From: the human T2T-CHM13v2.0 reference genome, Homo sapiens
Assembly: GCF_009914755.1 (NCBI RefSeq)
Contig: NC_060947.1
Length of the DNA: 64,000 nt
Direction: 5' to 3' (one strand)
In this document: one piece after another, positions 54,919-64,000 of the stretch
How positions within the stretch are numbered: the first letter of the stretch is position 1
Layout of the letters: each line of letters starts with the position of its first letter
The notes under the pieces: generated by a model
The model's database searches: none
The model's input: the letters and a program-made list of their open reading frames with translations, nothing else
Told to the model about the DNA's origin: nothing
Program-made: the position numbers and the translations under genes

Positions 54919-56176
54919 TCGAACTTGAACCTTGAGACTCAGATGCAGCAACAATATGGACACTGTCTTTTATAAGTAACTGGTCCCAATCACTTTGCCT
55001 GACAACTTGGGCAACAGCAGCTATTTGAGAGAACTAGTGTCTTGTACAAAGGAAACCCTCATTCTCCTTTGTCTAGGAACACAAGAAACTTAGAAGCAGT
55101 GAAGCAGAGGCAGGTTTTTCCCACATCAAATTCTTTAAGGTGCTATTTCTCCTTCCTTGTTAGTTATTTCATAATTTGGTTACTCTAGAGATCTGCCTGC
55201 TTTAAACTCACCTTTGCTCAGGGAATGAAAGGAGTGAGGAGAGAGGGCTGGATAATGGGGGAGGGGCTTGAGGAGGAACACATTAATTATCACCACTCCT
55301 TGAAGCTGTTCTTTAAAGCACTGTATTAGGTCAAATTGATCACATGTGTTATATCCACCAATTTAAAAATAGGGAAGCATCCTCAGTATAATTGATTTGA
55401 TAATATAGAATGTTAAAAATGTGACCCAAGATCTATTTTCTAAATGACCACAAAGAAGACTCTATGGCTGGGTAAGTTCTGGTAAGAGGTAGGATTTTCC
55501 CTATTTTGAGGTGGGTACACAGGTTGTTGGGATTTTTGGCAATCTACTCAGAAAATTTAGTTGCCACACAAAAATCTATAGAGGTTATAAGGGGATTTAG
55601 GTATAGTGAGTCAAATCCTATTCTAATAGGAATGGTCTTTATTAAAATACCAGACATACCTACAGCTTTCTTTGGTATTTCTCCCAATGACCTCAGCCTT
55701 AGGGACACACCCTAAAGTAGGCTTTTTAGAAGCAACAGCTGAGCCGCGACCACTTACCTAAAAGAATAATCCTCTGTGAATATGTCCAGGAAATCCTGCT
55801 CTTAGGGTGCATATTTCCAATGAGTTGCAATTCACAAATAATTTCTCAGCAGTTCAAAGAAAATTTGGGCATAATATTTTCTCTGTTAACCCAACCAAAT
55901 GTCCTTCCTCGTTATACCCTTAATGATTTCATGCTCTGCCTCAATAGTGCTACTCAGAGTTAATTATGAACAAAATCTAGAGTAAATGCTACAATTAAGA
56001 TTTTCCTTTTTATACCCTGGCAGATAAGCACAATGCATGATCACCACCATTCACACTTCAACCTCAGCAGAGACTGAAGGGTGATTGCTAATGGTTCTGT
56101 TGATGTCTATAGCATTAGAAATTTGAGCATCAATCAACCCGGTGTTTTGAAAAATACATTGCCTAATTTTTTTTCA

Positions 56177-56824
<648 letters not shown>

Positions 56825-56969
56825 TTAATAGAGAAGAAGGAGGGGCTGGGCGGGGGTGCTGGTGGTTGTGGGGGTTGGGAGTAAGAGATAGAGAGGGAGG
56901 CACTCTTGGCACTGTTCCAGACAGAGGAGAAGGGGAGATTTTGAAATAGCTGAAAATCCTGAGACTTAC

Positions 56970-57190
56970 TGACAGTGGCTCCTATCAAATTGGAACTTCG
57001 GGCTAAATACATTAAAACTGGCATCTGTTTCCTCACACATGCCCACATGACTAACAGTTGTAAATGAATCCATAGCCTGACAAAATTCCCCTTGAAGAGA
57101 ACAGAAGGAGCTACCCAAGGTTAGCATCTCCAGCTTAGGAAGCAGTCTTTGCATTTCAGTACAATGACTATGAAGGGGGAGTGTTTTCAT
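56970..57190 (-). CDS. DCX: Alternative upstream DCX exon with a potential in-frame N-terminal extension (MKTLPLHSHC...; historical long isoform)
   Basis: ATG at 57190 and a consensus donor CA|gtaagt at 56970/56969. Splicing to 56636 gives ...[16 protein letters not shown] in frame (221+22=243 nt, 81 aa). This matches my recollection of the 441-aa annotated isoform. Actual translation from this ATG is uncertain. Confidence 0.75.
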
Positions 57191-58353
57191 TTTATTCCAA
57201 GCCCTCTTTCCTACTCTAATGTGTGCATCCCCTCCCCCCAGAATAAACTAAGATTCTCCTTTAAAGGGACAGCCTCCAGGGAACAGCCAGTGTCTTTGTG
57301 CTATTCATCAAACCCTTTCCCCACCAAGCTGGTGCAGCTATCCGACATTCATAAGAAATAAGCTGGGGGGAAAAAGGATTAGAAAAATAAGTTATTTAAC
57401 AAGTTACTAGCTCTGTCTTCCCCCGGTTCCATTTGTTCACAAAATCCTTTTTTTTCCCCCCCAGGTGCTCCACCCCCTCCCCACTGATGCAGCAACACCT
57501 CTTAATGGAATAATTTAATTGTTGAAAGATTCACAAATGACTCTCCGAACAGCATACGGGACCTTTAGAAGGAAGCACACCTTTCATTGTTCTGGGTTTC
57601 TACCTTAATTGAAGTGACATTTACCCTCACAGCAGGCAATTCACCCCAAACTTGTATATTGCCCAGGTGCATTAGCTGAGAAAAGATGGTCATTTGTCAG
57701 GCTTTGCTTTTCTCCCTTCTGTTGAACCCCCTCCCCCACCAAGAACCCCAAACAATCAAAACATGAAACCCAATACAACTGAAGCCACAAATGCTAGCAA
57801 ATGTAGTGACATCCTACGAGCCAAACTATTAACATGCATCTCACAGATGGGGATAAAAGGACTCACAAAGCAAGCAGGGCTCAGCTGCTACACACTGCCA
57901 CATCAATATATTTGCAAGGGACCAGGAGGACAGGAGATAAGAAAGACTGGTGCCTAATGGGTCTGCCAGGCTCAATTCCGCCTTTTTTCCAATGTCACCA
58001 TGACCTATGCTGAGCTCAGCATTGTCTCTGTCAGACAACCTGCAGTGGTAAGAGACCCCACCTCCTCAAGGCAAGCAGCAAACATTTCCCCAGGCATGCC
58101 AGTAAGGCTTTGCTTTGCTTTAGGATCAGAGGTAGTATTATTCTAAATTAACATCACAGTGAAAACAAAGGAACATCAAACTCACTTTTCCAAAGGAAAA
58201 TCCCAGGTAGAAGCTTAGGGAAAAAATCGGATAGAATAAGGCAAAAAAGGAGAAGAGGAGACAGAGAGACAGAGAGAGCAGGCTTTGCCTTGTGCTTTTC
58301 CCGTTTGACATCTGTTACATTCTTCTTGAAAATCACTTAAAAGCCCCACTCAC

Positions 58354-58448
58354 CGGTTTTCTGCTGGTTGGGTGGAGATGCTGAGAGAAAGAAAACCAAT
58401 CTCTCTATGCCTTTGTTGTCTGAGCTCCAAGCAAGAAATTCCTGCCAG
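58354..58448 (-). other. DCX: DCX non-coding first exon (5'UTR)
   Basis: Strong donor AACCG|gtgagt at 58354/58353. The sequence CTGGCAGGAATTTCTTGCTTGGAGCTCAGACAACAAAGGC... is recognised as the DCX mRNA 5' leader. The 5' end is approximate. Confidence 0.75.
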
Positions 58449-60488
58449 GGTGGATAGATGCCTTCTAGGTCCTAGTGCCTTGTCCAGCTTCTCCCATGTA
58501 ACTCAGGCTTAGTGAATCCCCCCAACCTCCTATGATTAATTACATGCTTTTAAAAAAATTCACAGGCTGCATTAACAGCTAGAAAGGTTTCATTTATAAC
58601 CAACAGGAAATTGCGGGGTAGCAGAAAGATTGCGCAGACAAAATCAGAATGCTCTAATGAGCAATGTGCTAGCCCTTTCTTTTAGAAAATTGGCAATTTC
58701 ACTTGGCCAAAACCTTGGCCTAATCTGCCTGGGGGCCAGACTCAGACAGCCAAGCCAGGCTTCTTAGAAATTGTAGCTCTCTTCCTTTTACCCTCTTGAG
58801 AGAAAAAAAATAAAATAAAATCTGCAGATTCTTTAAGGCAGTTTAGCTCAAGTATCCAACAACTGGTTTTTTGTTTTTTAATGAAGTCAACAAAGTAGAC
58901 TAAGAGGAAGTAGGATAGGAACAAAACAAGGGAAAATAATTTTAGAATATTATGGAAGATAGAAGTAAAAAGGACATCCCAAATCTATCAGCTTGGTGTA
59001 AGAATTTGGTTAATGAAAGGTTAATGTGGCATTTACCTTTGAGAGTTTGGAAGTTCAAACCCAACCCAAAGACCTTTCTATGTGAAGTAAATCTGATGGC
59101 TACAAAATAAATATTAACAGATTTCTCCTCAAACTGCTTATTTGTCACTAACTGACTTCTTTATATAAAATATGTTACAAAAAAAACTCAAGGAAGCATC
59201 CAAATTGAACTAATTAGATCAGGCCGAACTATAAAACAAAAGAGAAAGGTGAGAGGTTAAATGGGGTAGGGGGATGCTACCATCTTCACAATTGAAGCTA
59301 CATGCATCAATATGTAGCAGCCTTGAACTATCATGGTTCTATTTTTGCTTGGCTTCCAGGAAGCTCAGAGCTAAGAGCATGCTCAGTAATTATTTTATAT
59401 CTGATTCCTAGTATAATTAACCCTTCCTTTTATATAGTGCTGTTGAACTTTTATATTTAAGCATTTTCTCTGCATGTGTTTTATTGTAAGCTGCCGCCAA
59501 GTGGGATAAAATATATGATGGTCTTTCTTCTGTGAAAGGTGTTGACTCAGCAAAGCCTGGAACTGTCTGTTAGTTGAGTGGATAGCCTCAAATGTGCAAC
59601 CTACCTAGTTAAGTCCCCCCAACACCTTGCTGCTGATTTCTTGGTTACTATACAAGTACCTCAGGGGAATGCATGTGTCTGCCCTGTTTTCTTCCATGTG
59701 TTGTTGCCTTACCTTGTGGCAACCTCATGAAAAATCAACATTATTCAGGCTAGAGGCAAAGAAAAATCAAGGAATAAGGGCAGGAAAATATGGAAATTCC
59801 AACAAAGCTAATGTCTTAAAACTTCTTTCTTGCACATCATAAGCATTCAGTAAATATGTAGCAATTAATTTTGCATCAGAACTAAAAATCATTTTATTTC
59901 TGGTGAAGATACAACAATGGATGGGATAATAAAACTTAAACACGAACCATTTGGAATGTATTTCAGAGGAAAATTCCTCATAATATAGGCTTTGCAATGC
60001 TACTGTGGAAGCTACAAAATGTTTTTATGAGACAGCCTAGGATAAATGACTTTGTTTGCTTTATATATAATAGAGAGCAGAGGGATAGGCAGGATCAATA
60101 TTTCCTTGTTTGAGATATGTGGGCATTAATAGGTGTTCCTTAAAAACAGGAAAAAAAATTCTGTGGTCAAAAATGTCTGAAAAGTGTTGCGCTAAACGAA
60201 GATAATTTTGCTTATCATAAAACTTGTCAGGGCCTTTAATATAAACTATAAAATGTGTCTCAAAAAGAAAACAATTTGGTATACAGGGCTTCCACTTATT
60301 TTTAAAGCTCAGAACCTTTTGGTCGCCCCAGAACATGGACTAATGTTCTGCAGGGATAAAAAACTTTTGCAAAAACTGGACTAGATCATCTCCAAAGATA
60401 TTTCTTCTCAAAGAACTCTCAGCTACTTACCAAGACCTTCTTTCTCACTTCTTCAGAGGAAACAGGCCATTGGCAAAGAGAAGGTCTC

Positions 60489-60842
60489 AGATGTGAGTCC
60501 AGGGAAAAAGTAAATCTTTAAATATGGAAATCAACTTTGAAGGTCAAGGGAAAGTCACGGTTGAGGGAGTGAAGTGATTTAAGAAAAAGAATAGCAACTC
60601 TATGTTGGAAATGTAGCAATACGACCTTTTGATTACTTACCATGTGCCCTGTACCACAGGCAAGACAGTGTAGGAAACATCCATCACTGCCCCTGAGGGG
60701 CTTGACGACTCATTGAGGAAAGGAGATAGCACAGGACTATGCATCTTGCAAAAATCATGAAGAAGGGATTAGATCTTTCTTGATATACTGCAGTCTGGGT
60801 TAATCAAACTCAGCTTAAAGAGCAGGGTCAAGAAATTTCTCA

Positions 60843-60884
<42 letters not shown>

Positions 60885-60891
60885 TCTTTTA

Positions 60892-60949
<58 letters not shown>

Positions 60950-61108
60950 ACCAAAAAAATTATTAGTTTATGTTACCAATCAGAAGCACAAAGAGTAGGA
61001 TCCTGTGTGGGACAGAGTAAGCAAACAGGAAACGAGGTTGGACTTTCCCTTGACCTTCAAAGTTGACTTCCATATTTAAAGATGTACTTTTCCCCTGGAC
61101 TCACATCT
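60489..61108. repeat. 68-bp inverted repeat (arms 60489-60556 and 61041-61108, 484-bp spacer)
   Basis: Manual alignment gives 65/68 identity between arm 1 and the reverse complement of arm 2, with no gaps. Confidence 0.95.
60847..60945. repeat. (CT)n(CA)n compound microsatellite
   Basis: Read directly. Lies inside the spacer of the 68-bp inverted repeat. Confidence 0.95.
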
Positions 61109-61119
61109 CATATCACAAG

Positions 61120-62560
61120 ATTGCTTATGCATAGGGCCTTTATTGAGAAAATCATAAAACTATTGAAAAACATAACAGAAGCTGTTAATAAATGTAAAGT
61201 CAGACCAGGCTCATGGATAACAAGATGCAATGCTGTAAGGTATCAATCCTCCCCAAAGTAATCTATACATATGAAGAAATTCCAATAAAAGCCCCAACAC
61301 GAATTTTTGTGAAACTCAAAAAATTACTTCAAAATTTTTGTGGAAGAATATAAAACTCTAAGAGTAGCCAAGATCATTGTAAAAAAGAGAAATCAGAAGC
61401 CAATAACTGCCCTACAAAAATTTGTTATAAAGCTATAGTAATGAAGATAGTGTGGTGTTGGCCTGGAGGACAGACAAAGATTAATTAAACAAAACAGAGA
61501 TCAGCATAAACAGGAACTTGCTATATCATAAGATAATGGGAAAAGCATGGACTCTGGAGCCAGACTGCCTAGGTTCAAATTTTGATTCTACTAATTATTA
61601 GCTAGGGACCTTGGGTGAGGTACTTAACCCTCTGTGCTTCACTTCACCCATCTGTCACACGAAGGTGATGATAATAATAGTAGCATTCTCAGTTGTTATG
61701 AGGATTAAATGAGCAAATATATGTATAGTGTTTAGAACAGACCCTGGCACATAGTATGTATAAGTATTAACTTTTATTATCCCCCGAATATTCATATGCC
61801 AACTCCCTCACTTCTTTCAAGTCTTCACCCAAAGGTTGACTTCTCAACAAGACCAACCTAGACTACCTGATTTAAAGTTACAAACTTCCCTCTCAACCTA
61901 GCAGTTCAAAATTTTTTTACTCTCTTTATTTTTCCATAACATTTATCACCTCCAACATACTACGTAATATACTTATTAATTACATATTTCCTGAAGGTAT
62001 AATATAAGCTTCAACAGGGTAGGAATATTCTAACAGCTTTAATGATATATATAATTTACATTACCAATAGGACTACTTTTGTCTATATTTTTAATATTGC
62101 ATAATTAACTTTCTAGAACAATACCTAACACACAATAGGTTTGGATATTTGTTGAATTGCATAAAGTAAGGAACACATAGAGTATTCAATAGATAGTATT
62201 AAGTCAATTAACTTTCATATGAAAAAAAATCAAATTAGATACTCCCCTTATACTATACATAAAAATAATCTCCAGATGTTTTAAAGACCTGAATAAAGAA
62301 CAAAACTTTAAAATTATTGGAAGGAAGCATAAAAGGTTTCCTTTAAATCCTTACGGTAGAAAAGAATTTCTTAAGACACAGAAAGCAGAGATCTTATAAG
62401 AAAATATTGATAAATTGATTTCATAAACATTTACAGCTTCTAACGGCAAAAGACAGCATTTAAACATTAAAAAATAAATAATAGACTGAGAAAAAATATT
62501 TGAAACTTAAATATCTGACAGAAAGTTAGTGTCCTGATATCTATATATGACACATAGATA
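61120..62560 (+). mobile_element. Old L1M fragments interrupted by MIR (~61540-61780) and L2 (~61790-62160)
   Basis: L1 ORF2-like (tcaatcctccccaaagtaatctatac; tataaagctatagtaatgaagatagtgtggtgttggc). MIR core (ctctggagccagactgcctaggttcaaat). L2 end (atatttgttgaat). Confidence 0.7.
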
Positions 62561-62561
62561 T

Positions 62562-63072
62562 TGATATAGTTTGTATTTTTGTCTCTGCCCAGTCTCATGT
62601 TGAATTGTAATCCCCAATGCTGGACCTGGTGGGAGGTATTTGGATTGTGGGGGTGGATCCCCCATGACTTGGTGCTGTCTTCCTGATAGTAAGGTCTCCT
62701 GAGATTTGGTCTTTTAAAAGTGTGTGGCACCTCCCCTCCAATGCACTCATGCATGAGTGTTCTTTCTCTCTCGCTCACTCTCGCTCTCTTGTTCTCTCGC
62801 TCTCTTGTTCTCTCGCTCTCTTGTTCTCTCGCTCTCTTGTTCTCTCGCTCTCTTGTTCTCTCGCTCTTGCTCCAGCTTTTGCCATGTGAAGTGCCTGCTC
62901 CCACTTCGCCTTTTGCCATGATGATAAGCTTCCTGAGGACTTCTCAGAAGCTAACGTTGGAGCTATGCTTCCTCTACAGCCTACAAAACCATAAGCTAAT
63001 TAAACCTCTTTTCTTTATAAATTATCCAGTCTTGGGTATTTCTTTATAGAAATGCAAGAATGGCTGAATACA
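62562..63072 (+). mobile_element. MSTB-like MaLR solo LTR containing a 16-bp tandem repeat
   Basis: tgatatagtttg...ctcatgttgaattgtaatcccca...tttctttataaattatccagtc...gctgaataca. Confidence 0.88.
62780..62859. repeat. Minisatellite, 5 perfect copies of CTCGCTCTCTTGTTCT
   Basis: Units start at 62780, 62796, 62812, 62828 and 62844. Confidence 0.95.
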
Positions 63073-63084
63073 GCTATACATAAA

Positions 63085-63147
63085 AATATATATGTAAAGT
63101 TATATGTTATGTATATATATATATATATATGTATGTATGTGTGTGTA

Positions 63148-63205
<58 letters not shown>
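63085..63205. repeat. (TA)n/(TG)n microsatellite
   Basis: Long pure (TA)n run ending right at the NUMT. Confidence 0.95.
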
Positions 63206-63206
<1 letters not shown>

Positions 63207-63289
63207 CACTATGAGCAGTAGCCCAAACAATTTCATATGAAGTCATCCTAGCTATCATCCTCCTATCAGTCCTATTGATAAGTGGTTCA
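63206..63289 (+). pseudogene. NUMT fragment of mitochondrial ND1 (about codons 132-159)
   Basis: gcactatgagcagtagcccaaacaatttcatatgaagtcatcctagctatcatcctcctatcagtcctattgataagtggttca translates as AL(R codon CGA>TGA)[25 protein letters not shown], matching the ND1 motif [21 protein letters not shown]. Confidence 0.9.
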
Positions 63290-63376
63290 CTGAACTCAGA
63301 TCACGTAGGACTTTAATCGTTGAACAAACCCTTAATAGTGGTTATACCATTAGGATGTCCTGATCCAACATAGAGG
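63290..63376 (-). pseudogene. NUMT fragment of mitochondrial 16S rRNA (3' conserved region), inverted relative to the ND1 piece
   Basis: CTGAACTCAGATCACGTAGGACTTTAATCGTTGAACAAAC...AGGATGTCCTGATCCAACAT is the reverse complement of the conserved 3' part of mt 16S. It overlaps the classic 16Sbr primer site. Confidence 0.92.
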
Positions 63377-63639
63377 ATATGTTTACCTCACCAAATAAAC
63401 ACAGGTCTTAGAGCCTCATATGCAGTTACCAATCGAACATTTTCTCTACCCCAATATCCACAAAACAGAAAACAAGTTACTTTAATCTGTTTACCCTTAC
63501 TATATATCCTAAGTATACCCTCTAACATCAGTACATGCTTATTGTCTTATTTCAGCAGTTTACCAGCTTTCTGGATCTCTAGCTTAATCTAGGCACCTTG
63601 ATCATCACACCATCCCAATGAACATAATACTGATCGAAC

Positions 63640-64000
63640 CTGCAGGGTTCATGTTATCTCTGACACTTGGGCTTTATGACCCAATAGATCCAGTGGTGCT
63701 CAAAAATATCTATAGCAGCTCAGGTTGTTATATAGAGATGGTGGCAAGTCCTAATAGGAGAATCATTTGTATAAGCCCCTCCCCACCCCTCAAAGGTTTT
63801 GAAGAAAAGCCTCTTATATTGTAAAGTCGCTCTTGATTTTCTTGTGTGTTCTAGGTAAGAATTTAATGCCTGACCATGGGAAACAGAATGACCCTGGAAC
63901 CCAAGCTTCCCACCGTATGTGGGTTTTATTTGATCTGCCAGGACATAAAGCTGAACATGCACAACAGCATTTCCTCTTCAAATAGAACTGATATATAACA
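63640..64000 (+). mobile_element. Degenerate ERVL pol (RT-RNase H connection) internal fragment
   Basis: Frameshifted peptides LTLGLYDPIDPVVL, WQVLIGES, LTMGNRMTLEPKLP and HAQQH resemble HERV-L LPLGPYDPADPMVL / WQAPIGES / LTMGHQVTMRPELP / AQQHS. Confidence 0.75.

Noticed and set aside
63290-63376. Functional rRNA gene
   Set aside because: Only 87 bp, with a deletion and CpG-decay substitutions, embedded in nuclear repeats. It is a NUMT.

Overview
This is primate genomic DNA, human or great ape, with Alu, L1, MIR, L2, MER and MaLR repeats and low CpG content. It holds the 5' half of the X-linked doublecortin gene DCX on the minus strand. From the gene's 5' end: a non-coding first exon (~58354-58448), an alternative upstream exon that can add an 81-aa in-frame N-terminal extension (57190-56970), coding exon 2 (56636-56251, ATG at 56614, first DC domain) and coding exon 3 (47536-47196, most of the second DC domain). 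Positions 1-47195 belong to the large following intron, and 58450-64000 is upstream flank. Almost all other ORFs in the track are chance frames or translated repeats. I found no convincing new multi-gene system. The most interesting unexplained structures are: (1) a sharply bounded 68-bp inverted duplication, 65/68 identical, about 2 kb upstream of DCX; (2) a small rearranged NUMT joining an ND1 fragment to an inverted 16S fragment; (3) a near-canonical REST/RE1 site deep in the intron; (4) a tail-to-tail AluJ/AluS pair with a 12-bp self-complementary spacer and a triplicated target site; (5) sense-strand (TTTCA)9 and Alu-tail (TTTTA)13 repeats of the FAME/SCA37 motif class. Repeat subfamily calls come from recalled consensus features, not from RepeatMasker, and their boundaries are approximate.
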